A stretch of DNA of 51,329 nt, from sequence record DRR378314_778; one strand, given 5' to 3'. Each line of letters opens with the position of its first letter. Position 1 is the stretch's first letter. Shown here piece after piece: positions 17,742-26,464 of the stretch. A model generated the notes under the pieces. That model did no database searches and was not told where the DNA came from. It saw only the letters and a list, made by a program, of their open reading frames with translations. The position numbers were made by a program, and so were the translations under genes.

Positions 17742-18541
17742 AGCCGGGATTAATCTCACTGCCGATGTATAACTGGCCAGAGCTGAGGAGCGCTCATGAT
17801 CACCTGTTTGATCGGCTCAGGCAGGCGCTTGGCGATGCGGGCTTTGCCGTTTCAGATCAATTCTCTCATCCTACCGATTTACACCGCCATTGGCGGGACC
17901 CGGATTTATTGTTGTCGCAAACCTGCGGGTTGCCTTATCAGACTTTAAAGACCCATGGCGTGCAGATTGTGGGCACGCCGGTTTATCTGATCGACTGCCC
18001 GCCAGGATATTACACCAGCAATATTGTCATTCGAAAAGGATCAGGGATTGCCGGATCCGGTGATCTGAAAGACCGGGTTTTCGCCTATAACGATCGTCAC
18101 TCACAATCAGGCTGGGCAGCGCTATTATATGCGCTTGCCTTGGGGGGAGATGGCTGCCCGGATTTCCAGAGGTCTCTGGAAACGGGTAGTCATCGCGCCT
18201 CGCTTCAGGCCGTATCGGAAGGTCGGGCCGATTTTGCAGCGATAGATTGCGTCACTTATGCCCATGCGGTGCAGTATGAACCGGCGACCGAAAATCTGCA
18301 GATCCTGATGCAGACACCGGCGACACCCGGCCTTCCGTTGATCACCGCTATGCGCGATACAAGTCAACTCAGCCGTCTGCAGGGGGCGGTGGAAGTGGCG
18401 CTGATCAATCTGGATCCCGCTGTAAAAGAGGCGCTGCTGCTGAACGGGTTCAAACGGTTTTCATCAGAAAAATATAATGTGATTGCTGAACGTCTGGACT
18501 TTGCGATGGGAAAGTTTGAGTATATCAGAGAAGTATCATAG
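17738..18541 (+). CDS. PhnD/SsuA-fold substrate-binding-like protein without signal peptide
   Basis: SLPMY, SQTCGLPY, SQSGW, TGSHRASLQAVSEGRADFAAID. No hydrophobic leader; ATGA-coupled to the desaturase. Confidence 0.8.
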   Translation: MKPGLISLPMYNWPELRSAHDHLFDRLRQALGDAGFAVSDQFSHPTDLHRHWRDPDLLLSQTCGLPYQTLKTHGVQIVGTPVYLIDCPPGYYTSNIVIRKGSGIAGSGDLKDRVFAYNDRHSQSGWAALLYALALGGDGCPDFQRSLETGSHRASLQAVSEGRADFAAIDCVTYAHAVQYEPATENLQILMQTPATPGLPLITAMRDTSQLSRLQGAVEVALINLDPAVKEALLLNGFKRFSSEKYNVIAERLDFAMGKFEYIREVS

Positions 18542-18561
18542 AGCTATAGGGGGGCGATCCG

Positions 18562-20094
18562 ATGACGGGACGGGTAAGGCGGAAAAGGGACCGGCGGATT
18601 TCGCGGTCAGGGTCAGGCTTGCAACAACTTCCCTGGTCGCCTTTAAAATCACCCTATAAACCATTTGAAATCCTCTCCGAAGATCACCTTCATGCGATCA
18701 CTGATGCGGCCTATCAGGTGCTAGAAGAGGTCGGTATGGATATCCTTCGGGAGGAGGCGCGCGATCTGTTTAAAAAAGCTGGCGCCCTTGTTGAAGGGGA
18801 TCGGGTCCGGATTGGCCGGGAGATCATTCAGGCGGCAATGGCCACAGCACCCTCAGAAATCATGCTTCATGCCCGAAATCCGGATCATACCCTCAATATG
18901 GCGCCGGGAACCATCAGTTTTGGATGTGTTGCCTCCGCCCCGAATGTCAGTGACCTGACCGGCGGCCGCCGGGTTGGTAATCAGGAAGATTACCGTAAAT
19001 TTCTCAAACTCTGCCAATCTCTTAATATCATCCACTTCCTGGGGGGGTACCCGGTGGAGCCGGTGGATCTACACCCGCGCACCCGGCACCTGGACTGCAT
19101 TGCCGATATGGCCCAGCTGACGGATAAATTCTATCATGCTTATGCCCTTGGGCAGGAGCGGATTACCGATGCGCTGGAAATTACCCGGATTGCCCATGGC
19201 TGTAACAGTTGGGCGGAATTTGATCAAAAAGTCCGCCTGTTCACCATCATCAATACGTCCAGCCCGTTGCGTCTGGACGGGGTCATGATCGATGGCGCGT
19301 TTGAAATGGCCCGTCATAATCAGCTTTGTGTCATTACCCCTTTCACACTTGCCGGGGCGATGGCGCCGGTGACGGTTGCGGGCGCCCTTGTACAACAGCA
19401 TGCCGAAGCCCTGGCTGGAATGGCAATGCTGCAGCTGTTTAATCCGGGCACACCCGTGGCTTACGGTGGGTTTACCTCCAACGTTGATATGAAATCGGGC
19501 TCGCCGGCTTTTGGAACACCTGAAAACGCGCAGGCGGCTTTGATCGGTGCGCAGCTCGCCCGCCATCTGAAGGTTCCCTATCGGTCCTCCAACGCCAACG
19601 CATCCAACTGTGTGGACGCACAAGCGACCTATGAAAGCCAGATGTCTATCTGGTCCGTCATCATGGGTCAGGCCAACATGGTGATGCATGCGGCAGGCTG
19701 GCTGGAAGGGGGGCTATGCGCCTCCTTTGAAAAGCTGATTTTGGATGCGGAAATGCTGCAGATGATGGTCAAGTTTCTGCAACCCCCCGATGTCAGTACC
19801 AGCGAGCTGGGGCTGGATGCCATTTCCGATGTCGGGCCGGGTGGGCATTATTTCGGTACGGCCCACACGCTCGCACGATATGAAACGGCTTTTTACGCGC
19901 CCATACTTTCTGACTGGAGCAATTTTGAAAGCTGGTCGGGGACCAGTCGCTCGGCAACCGAACGGGCTCATGACGTTTATCAGGCGCTGCTCGGCGAATA
20001 TGTGGAGCCGCAATTGGATATAGCCAGAAAAGAGGAAATTGTGACCTTTGTTGCCAAGCGACACGAGGAAGGTGGTGTGGACGGCGATTTTTGA
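18562..20094 (+). CDS. MttB-superfamily (trimethylamine methyltransferase family) protein, non-pyrrolysine, MtgB-like
   Basis: INTSSPLRLD, TPFTLAGAMAPVT, GGFTSNVDMKSGSPAFGTPE, HAAGWLEGGL; no in-frame amber codon. Confidence 0.92.
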   Translation: MTGRVRRKRDRRISRSGSGLQQLPWSPLKSPYKPFEILSEDHLHAITDAAYQVLEEVGMDILREEARDLFKKAGALVEGDRVRIGREIIQAAMATAPSEIMLHARNPDHTLNMAPGTISFGCVASAPNVSDLTGGRRVGNQEDYRKFLKLCQSLNIIHFLGGYPVEPVDLHPRTRHLDCIADMAQLTDKFYHAYALGQERITDALEITRIAHGCNSWAEFDQKVRLFTIINTSSPLRLDGVMIDGAFEMARHNQLCVITPFTLAGAMAPVTVAGALVQQHAEALAGMAMLQLFNPGTPVAYGGFTSNVDMKSGSPAFGTPENAQAALIGAQLARHLKVPYRSSNANASNCVDAQATYESQMSIWSVIMGQANMVMHAAGWLEGGLCASFEKLILDAEMLQMMVKFLQPPDVSTSELGLDAISDVGPGGHYFGTAHTLARYETAFYAPILSDWSNFESWSGTSRSATERAHDVYQALLGEYVEPQLDIARKEEIVTFVAKRHEEGGVDGDF

Positions 20095-20150
20095 TCACTA
20101 AACGGCGAAAGATCGACGGTGATCCGGTTTAGAACGGGGATGATAGTTGA

Positions 20151-21458
20151 ATGACCAAAACTTATGATGCCATCATTATTGGCGCAGGTGTGATTGGCAC
20201 CTGCACGGCGTTGGAGCTGGCCAGGAAAGGCTGGCGAACCCTCTCGATCGAGAAAAACCCGGCCGCCGGCTATGGGTCGACCTCAAACTCCTGCTCTATC
20301 ATCCGCACCTATTATTCGGCGTTTGAAACCTGTGCGTTGGCCTATGAAGGCTGGCATCACTGGCGGCGCTGGTCTGATTATCTGGGTGTGCTGGACGATC
20401 GGGGGATGATCGAATATCGGGAAACCGGTTGCATGGTGATCAAAACCGCCCAAAACCATAACCTGACCCGGGTGTGCGAAACCATGACGAAAATCGGCTG
20501 CCCCTACACAGAGCTTAGCACCGAAGAAATTCACGACTATCTGCCGATTGTGGATACGCATCAGTTCTACCCTGCCAAACGCCTGGACGATGATGGCTTT
20601 GGCGAACCGACGGGCGCTGCTGTTGCCGGGGCGGTGTATTTTCCTCGTGGCGGCTATGTCAATGATCCGCAACTGGCCGCCCATAATGCCCAGGTCGCGG
20701 CCCAAGCCAGCGGCGCGGATTTTCTGTTCAAGTCAGAAGTTGCTGAAATTCGCCAAAAAGACGGCCGTGTCTCTGGCGTTACCTTATCCGATGGGCAGAT
20801 GATTGACGCCCCTGTGGTGATTAACGTCGCCGGTCCGCATTCATCCAAAATCAATGCGATGGCCGGGGTAGCGGGCAAGATGGCGATGTCCACCCGGGCC
20901 TTGCGCCACGAAGTGGCCCATGTGCCCGCGCCAGATGGCTTTGATTATGAGAAAAACGGTCTTGTCTATTCCGATAGTGACGTGGCCGCTTATTGCCGGC
21001 CGGAGACGGGCAATAACATGCTGATCGGGTCGGAAGATCCGGCTTGTGACGACAAGGAATGGGTGGATGATCCGGATAATTTTGATGAGAATTTTTCTGC
21101 CCAGTGGAACACGCTTGTCATGCGCATGGCGCAGCGCTTTCCCAATCTTCGGATCCCATCCAAAACCCTGGGGGTTGTCGCGCTTTATGACGTGACCGAG
21201 GATTGGATGCCGATCTATGACAAAAGTGATTTGCCCGGTTTTTACATGGCCGTTGGCACCAGTGGAAATCAGTTTAAGAACGCCCCCGTTGCCGGAAAAT
21301 TGATGACCCGGCTGGTGGAAGCCTGTGAAGCCGATCATGATCATGACGCGGCCCCGCTGGATTTTCATCTGTCGCATATTGATAAAACGATCTCCCTCGG
21401 GGTGTTTTCCCGAAATCGGCAGATCAATCCAAACTCCAGCTTTACTGTGATTGGATAA
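20151..21458 (+). CDS. FAD-dependent oxidoreductase, sarcosine oxidase beta/DadA-like
   Basis: IIIGAGVIG, GYGSTSNS, LYDVTEDWMPI, GTSGNQFKNAP. Confidence 0.88.
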   Translation: MTKTYDAIIIGAGVIGTCTALELARKGWRTLSIEKNPAAGYGSTSNSCSIIRTYYSAFETCALAYEGWHHWRRWSDYLGVLDDRGMIEYRETGCMVIKTAQNHNLTRVCETMTKIGCPYTELSTEEIHDYLPIVDTHQFYPAKRLDDDGFGEPTGAAVAGAVYFPRGGYVNDPQLAAHNAQVAAQASGADFLFKSEVAEIRQKDGRVSGVTLSDGQMIDAPVVINVAGPHSSKINAMAGVAGKMAMSTRALRHEVAHVPAPDGFDYEKNGLVYSDSDVAAYCRPETGNNMLIGSEDPACDDKEWVDDPDNFDENFSAQWNTLVMRMAQRFPNLRIPSKTLGVVALYDVTEDWMPIYDKSDLPGFYMAVGTSGNQFKNAPVAGKLMTRLVEACEADHDHDAAPLDFHLSHIDKTISLGVFSRNRQINPNSSFTVIG

Positions 21459-21462
21459 TTTC

Positions 21463-23886
21463 ATGCAAAATCACAAACGTGTCATTGTCATTGGGGGTGG
21501 GGTCGTCGGCTGTTCCGTCCTTTATCACCTGACCAAGTTGGGGTGGACAGATATTCTGCTCATTGAACGCTCTGAACTGACCTCCGGCTCCACCTGGCAT
21601 GCGGCGGGCGGCTTTCACACCCTGAACGCGGATACCAATATGGCGGCGCTGCAGGGTTATACCATTCGCCTTTATAAGGAGCTGGAGGAAATCACGGGTC
21701 AATCCTGTGGTTTGCATCATGTGGGCGGGTTGACCCTTGCCACCAGTGAAGAGCGGATGGATTTCCTCAAAGCGGAGCGGGCCAAGCATCGCTATATGGG
21801 TCTTGAAACCGAATTGGTGGGGCCAGAGGAAATTCGCAAACTCTCTCCCATTACGAATACGCAAGGGGTGATCGGCGCCTTATACGATCCGCTGGATGGG
21901 CATCTGGATCCGTCCGGCACTACCCATGCCTATGCCAAGGCTGCCCGCATGGCCGGGGCACAAATCAGCCTTAGAAATCCGGTTCTGGAATTAAGTCCCC
22001 AACGCGATGGTCACTGGGAAGTGGTGACAAAAGACGGCACCTGGAGCGCGGAACATGTGGTTAATGCCGGGGGGCTTTGGGCCCGGGAAATCGGCCAACT
22101 GGTTGGCGCCTATTTTCCCCTTCACCCGATGGAGCATCAGTATCTGGTGACAGAGGATGTTCCCGAAGTCGTGGATTTAGGGCGGGAACTTCCGCATGTG
22201 ATGGATCCGGAAGGCGAAAGTTATCTGCGGCAGGAAGGGCGCGGGATCTGTATTGGTTTTTATGAACAGCAGTGTGATCCCTGGGCCGTTCGCGGAACCC
22301 CGCATGATTTCGGACATGAATTGCTGAACGATAATCTGGACAGGATCGGGGACTCGCTGGCCTTCGCGTTTAAGCGTTTTCCGGTGTTGGAACGGGCCGG
22401 GATCAAAACCATCATCAATGGGCCGTTTACCTTTGCCCCGGATGGGAATCCGTTGGTTGGCCCTGTTCCGGGCCTTCGCAATTTCTGGTCGGCCTGCGCG
22501 GTTATGGCAGGGTTTTCCCAAGGCGGTGGTGTCGGCCTGACCCTTGCGGAATGGATGGTCGAGGGGGAACCATCCCGCGATGTTTATGCCATGGATGTGG
22601 CGCGGTTCGGGGATTGGATCACCCCCGGATATACCCGGGAAAAAGTCCGTGAAAATTATCAGCGGCGGTTCTCAGTCTCTTATCCGAACGAGGAATTGCC
22701 CGTCGCCCGCCCGCAGCAAACGACCCCTGCCTATGGGATTTGGAAAGAGCAACGGGCAGTCTTTGGCGCGGCTTATGGCATGGAAGCCGTTAATTATTTC
22801 GCATCGGAGGGGGAGCCGCTTAAGGAAACCCCCAGCTTTCGGCGCAGCAATGCTTTTAAGGCAGTTGCCGCAGAATGCCGCGCGGTCCGCGAAGCCGTCG
22901 GCATTAACGAGGTGCACAATTTCGGCAAATACCAGATCACGGGATCCGGTGCAAGGAGCTGGCTGGATCAAATCATGGCCGGGCGTATTCCAAAACCGGG
23001 CCGTATGGCCCTCAATCCCATGTTGAGCCCGGCGGGGAAACTTCTCGGGGATTTCACTGTTTCCTGCCTGACTGAGGAGCGGTTTCTGGTGACGGCTTCT
23101 TTCATGATGCAGGCCATTCATATGCGCTGGTTTGAACAGCATTTGCCTGCCGACGGATCGGTCCGGGTGGAGAATATCTCAACCCGCAGCCTTGGCTTCC
23201 AAATCGCCGGGCCCAATGCCCGCGCGCTGTTATCACGGGTTGCGTTTGAGGATGTCTCGCCAGAAGCCTTTAAATTCCTCGATGTGAAGGAAATGAGCGT
23301 CGGCGCGACCCAGGCGTTGATCCAGCGGGTCACCTATACGGGGGATTTGGGCTATGAAATTTATGTCTGCCCCGAAGAACAGATCACCCTTTATGAAACG
23401 CTGACGGCGGCGGGCGCCGACTTAGGGCTCAAACCTTTTGGAATGCGCGCTATGATGAGCTTGCGGCTCGAAAAATCTTTCGGCTCATGGGGCCGGGAAT
23501 TTCGCCCTGATTATCTGCCGATGGAAACGGGTATGGACCGGTTCATGCGCTATGATAAACCGGTGGATTTTGTCGGCAAAAGAGCTGCTCTGGCGGAAAA
23601 AGCAGCAGGGCCGGATCGTCGACTTTGCACATTCATCGTTGATGCCAATGACGCCGACGTTTGGGGGGATGAGCCGATCTGGCATAATGGAAATGTGGTT
23701 GGTTTCGTGACGTCTGGCGGATATGCCCATTATGTCCAAAAATCAGTGGCGTTTGGGTTCCTGCCTGCCGATCTGGCCCGCCACAGCGCATTTGAGGTGG
23801 AAATTGAGATTTTAGGCACCCGTGTATCGGCGACATCCTATGATGCACCGCTTCTGGATCCAGAAGGCCGGCGCATGATGGGTTGA
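21463..23886 (+). CDS. Dimethylglycine/sarcosine dehydrogenase-like protein (FAD domain plus GcvT folate-binding domain)
   Basis: VIGGGVVG, TSGSTWHAAG, NGPFTFAPDGNP, YTGDLGYEI, LRLEK, VTSGGY. ATG 21463. Confidence 0.93.
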   Translation: MQNHKRVIVIGGGVVGCSVLYHLTKLGWTDILLIERSELTSGSTWHAAGGFHTLNADTNMAALQGYTIRLYKELEEITGQSCGLHHVGGLTLATSEERMDFLKAERAKHRYMGLETELVGPEEIRKLSPITNTQGVIGALYDPLDGHLDPSGTTHAYAKAARMAGAQISLRNPVLELSPQRDGHWEVVTKDGTWSAEHVVNAGGLWAREIGQLVGAYFPLHPMEHQYLVTEDVPEVVDLGRELPHVMDPEGESYLRQEGRGICIGFYEQQCDPWAVRGTPHDFGHELLNDNLDRIGDSLAFAFKRFPVLERAGIKTIINGPFTFAPDGNPLVGPVPGLRNFWSACAVMAGFSQGGGVGLTLAEWMVEGEPSRDVYAMDVARFGDWITPGYTREKVRENYQRRFSVSYPNEELPVARPQQTTPAYGIWKEQRAVFGAAYGMEAVNYFASEGEPLKETPSFRRSNAFKAVAAECRAVREAVGINEVHNFGKYQITGSGARSWLDQIMAGRIPKPGRMALNPMLSPAGKLLGDFTVSCLTEERFLVTASFMMQAIHMRWFEQHLPADGSVRVENISTRSLGFQIAGPNARALLSRVAFEDVSPEAFKFLDVKEMSVGATQALIQRVTYTGDLGYEIYVCPEEQITLYETLTAAGADLGLKPFGMRAMMSLRLEKSFGSWGREFRPDYLPMETGMDRFMRYDKPVDFVGKRAALAEKAAGPDRRLCTFIVDANDADVWGDEPIWHNGNVVGFVTSGGYAHYVQKSVAFGFLPADLARHSAFEVEIEILGTRVSATSYDAPLLDPEGRRMMG

Positions 23887-23888
23887 GG

Positions 23889-24035
23889 TTAGCCTGACAT
23901 TTGCGCTTGTAAAACTTGCCCAAGCCGCTGGAATGTCCCGCCCCAGCCAGCACCGAAGCCCAGGCGGCCGGTTTCCCTGGCAATTCTTTCATGCAAAAGG
24001 TGCACAAAACACCCCCTTCACAGACCTCAAATGGT
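23889..24035 (-). pseudogene. Probable 3' remnant of an SRPBCC (AHSA1/START-like) gene
   Basis: Minus strand reads FEVCEGG, then a 1-nt shift in a G5 run, then CFVHLLHERIARETGRLGFGAGWGGTFQRLGQVLQAQMSG*, matching the typical SRPBCC C-terminus (HE...GW...RL). No intact 5' part. Confidence 0.4.
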
Positions 24036-24094
24036 CTGTCACGCCGATAGTTGTTTGGGGACTTGATGTGAGAATAAATTAAGGCTATAGATAG

Positions 24095-24115
24095 TAATGT
24101 AATAACATAACATTA
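24095..24115. promoter_or_regulatory. Zur box TAATGTAATAACATAACATTA
   Basis: 21-bp near-palindrome matching the proteobacterial Zur consensus (ATGTTAT-N3-ATAACAT), ~20 bp upstream of a COG0523 gene. Confidence 0.8.
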
Positions 24116-24135
24116 TAGAAATCCATGGCAATTTG

Positions 24136-25203
24136 ATGACCTCCCTCAGCAAGGCGATCCCGATAACAGTATTGACCGGTTTTTTAGGGAGCGGCAAGAC
24201 GACCTTGCTATCCAACCTGCTCCGTCAACCAGCCTTTCAAAATACAGCGGTCCTGATCAATGAATTTGGCGAAGTGGGTCTCGATCATGGCCTTATCGAG
24301 CAAAGCGAAGAAACCGTGGTGGAGCTGCAAAACGGCTGTATTTGCTGTACCATTCGGGAAGATCTGCAGAAAACCCTGCTGAAGTTGATCGGTGATGTTC
24401 AAAGCGGACGCATTCAATCTGTGGATCGCGTTGTGATTGAAACCACGGGACTTGCGGATCCCATACCGATCCTGCAGACAATTATCCATGACCGGGATCT
24501 ATATCGGGTTTTTGAATTGGCTGGGGTGATCACGGTTGTCGATGGGATCAACGCCACGGAAACATTAAGCCAGTTTGAAGAAGCCCGCCGCCAGGTCCTG
24601 GTGGCTGACAGCCTCGCCATTTCCAAAAGCGATTTGATGCGCCCGGACGAGCTCGATCAAATGTACCAAAATTTACAATCCCAGAACCCGCTTGCAGACA
24701 TTTGGGTGGTTGATCAGGGACAATTGAAACCGGGCTGGTTGGCGCGGGCAGCGCCGGCGCCGGTGGCGATGATCTCGTCTCCTGTGCAGGAATTGATGGG
24801 AACGCCAGCTATCCCCCACTCCCATGATCATAGGTTGGATCATGCGGGGCATGGCCAGTCAATCAACCGGCATGGCACGGATATTGAGGCGTTTTCACTG
24901 GTTGTGGATCAACCGATCAGCCCCATCGCGTTCAGCTTCTTTCTCGATATGGTCTCGGCGGAAATGGGACCGGATCTTTTGCGGGTCAAAGGTCTTGTCA
25001 ATCTGGCAGGAGAGATGCGCCCCGCCCTTATTCAAGGGGCGCAGCAGGTGTTTCACCCTGTGCGGTGGCTCGACCTATGGCCTGATAATGATACGCGAAC
25101 CCGGCTGGTCTTCATCACCCGGTTGAAGGTCAAGGATCGCATCCAAACGCTTTTTACGGCGCTGACCTCGGTGACCCCGGCACCAGCGGCCGGATTCTGC
25201 TGA
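24136..25203 (+). CDS. CobW/COG0523 G3E GTPase metallochaperone, His-rich
   Basis: TGFLGSGKTT, NEFGE, NGCICC, IETTGLADP, HSHDHRLDH and CobW_C (LLRVKG). Start ATG 24136 or TTG 24133. Confidence 0.92.
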   Translation: MTSLSKAIPITVLTGFLGSGKTTLLSNLLRQPAFQNTAVLINEFGEVGLDHGLIEQSEETVVELQNGCICCTIREDLQKTLLKLIGDVQSGRIQSVDRVVIETTGLADPIPILQTIIHDRDLYRVFELAGVITVVDGINATETLSQFEEARRQVLVADSLAISKSDLMRPDELDQMYQNLQSQNPLADIWVVDQGQLKPGWLARAAPAPVAMISSPVQELMGTPAIPHSHDHRLDHAGHGQSINRHGTDIEAFSLVVDQPISPIAFSFFLDMVSAEMGPDLLRVKGLVNLAGEMRPALIQGAQQVFHPVRWLDLWPDNDTRTRLVFITRLKVKDRIQTLFTALTSVTPAPAAGFC

Positions 25204-25215
25204 ATTTAAAAAATA

Positions 25216-25235
25216 TTAGTTACGTTATAACATAA
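25216..25235. promoter_or_regulatory. Second Zur box TTAGTTACGTTATAACATAA
   Basis: Reverse complement contains ATGTTATAACGTAAC; same motif as 24095-24115, in the short gap before the porin-like gene. Confidence 0.7.
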
Positions 25236-25255
25236 TGAATACAAAGGTAAGTCAA

Positions 25256-26464
25256 ATGAAGAAGTTACGTCTGCTGGGAATTTCCCCGCTCCCTTTTCTG
25301 TTGATGTTTGCGGCGGGCTCCGCAGTTGCCGCCGGTAGCGGTCATGATCATGACCACGACCATGGCCATGGACACGATCACGGGCATGATCATAGTGCCC
25401 ATTCGGATGAGGCTGAAAGTGGCTTTTACGCGCATGTTCATGTCACCGTGTATGGCGACAGCATTATCGATGCGGAGGAATCGGACGAAGAGTTTAACGA
25501 AGCCTACAGCCACTCCCATCTGGATATGGGATATCGCTTTGGCGGTGGTTTTTCCGTCAACTCGACCGTTAAACTGGAAGGTGGCCCCAGCGGTCATGAT
25601 CACGGGCATGGCGGCGGCGGTGGGCATGCCGACGGCTCCGACAAGTTTTTTGAGGATCATCCTTTGCTCGTGGAGACTTTGACTGTCAATTATGACACCC
25701 AATATTTTTCGGTTTTCGGGGGAAAGTTTAATCCGGTGGTTGGCTTTGATTATCACAGCTTTCCCGGTATCTACGGATATCAGAGCATTGAGGAACATGC
25801 CATCCGGGAGCGAATTGGCTTTGGCGGTGCGGTGAAACTACCAACTGCCGATTTTGGCTCTCATCGTTTGGATATCAGTACTTTTTTTGCCGATACAACG
25901 ATCTTGAGTGACTCTCTCCTGTATGAACGGGGGCAGACGGATCTGGAGGATGGCGGTCTTGCCAACACAGAGGATTTTTCCTCTTTCAGTCTGTCCTTGG
26001 GCGGGCGCGATATTCCCGTTTTGACCCAGCAGCCGGGCACAGGTCTGTCTTACCGCTTTGGATACGCCCGCCAGGCCGAAGGTGAGGGCGGGGAGGCGTC
26101 TGAAACCCGTTTTTCCACTTCCGTTGGGTATCGGTATCAATTTACGGATATGATAGCGGCCAACTTAATTGGGGAGCATATGAACATCCGCCATCTGGGC
26201 GGGGAAGCCGCTCATGATCGCAGCTTCACAACTGGGGGCTTGCGTTTTGATTATGGCCAATGGAACTTTGGCACCACCTACACCTATATTGCCAATGATG
26301 CAGACGAAGCCGATGAGGATATCAATGGCAGTATTTTTCAAGCATCCATTGGGTATAATTTCCTGAACGGGTTTGAAGTGGGTCTGGGCTATAAGCGTGC
26401 TGATGAAGAAGATGAGGTAACCGAACGGATCGGCGTGCTTATCGGGTATTCCTATGAGTTCTGA
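25256..26464 (+). CDS. His-rich outer-membrane beta-barrel (porin-like) protein
   Basis: Sec signal (MKKLRLLG...SAVA), HDHDHDHGHGHDHGHDH tract, second His tract, amphipathic beta-strands, acidic loops, C-terminal IGYSYEF beta-signal. ATG 25256 after AAGGT preferred; 25235 overlaps the Zur box. Confidence 0.75.
   Translation: MKKLRLLGISPLPFLLMFAAGSAVAAGSGHDHDHDHGHGHDHGHDHSAHSDEAESGFYAHVHVTVYGDSIIDAEESDEEFNEAYSHSHLDMGYRFGGGFSVNSTVKLEGGPSGHDHGHGGGGGHADGSDKFFEDHPLLVETLTVNYDTQYFSVFGGKFNPVVGFDYHSFPGIYGYQSIEEHAIRERIGFGGAVKLPTADFGSHRLDISTFFADTTILSDSLLYERGQTDLEDGGLANTEDFSSFSLSLGGRDIPVLTQQPGTGLSYRFGYARQAEGEGGEASETRFSTSVGYRYQFTDMIAANLIGEHMNIRHLGGEAAHDRSFTTGGLRFDYGQWNFGTTYTYIANDADEADEDINGSIFQASIGYNFLNGFEVGLGYKRADEEDEVTERIGVLIGYSYEF

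Noticed and set aside
17738-18541. Phosphonate uptake (phnD) locus
   Set aside because: No phnC/phnE or C-P lyase genes, no signal peptide and no visible Pho box.
18562-20094. Possible pyrrolysine recoding in MttB
   Set aside because: ORF is open end to end with no in-frame TAG, and there are no pyl genes in the window.
23958-23972. CCGGCCGCCTGGGC on the minus strand resembling the ZTP (pfl) riboswitch 3' hairpin
   Set aside because: No upstream GACTGGCG pseudoknot partner and no downstream gene on that strand; better explained as coding remnant.
25340-25405. CAT/GAT/CAC-rich repetitive DNA
   Set aside because: Codon-level repetition encoding the His tract of the porin-like protein; not a CRISPR array or mobile repeat.
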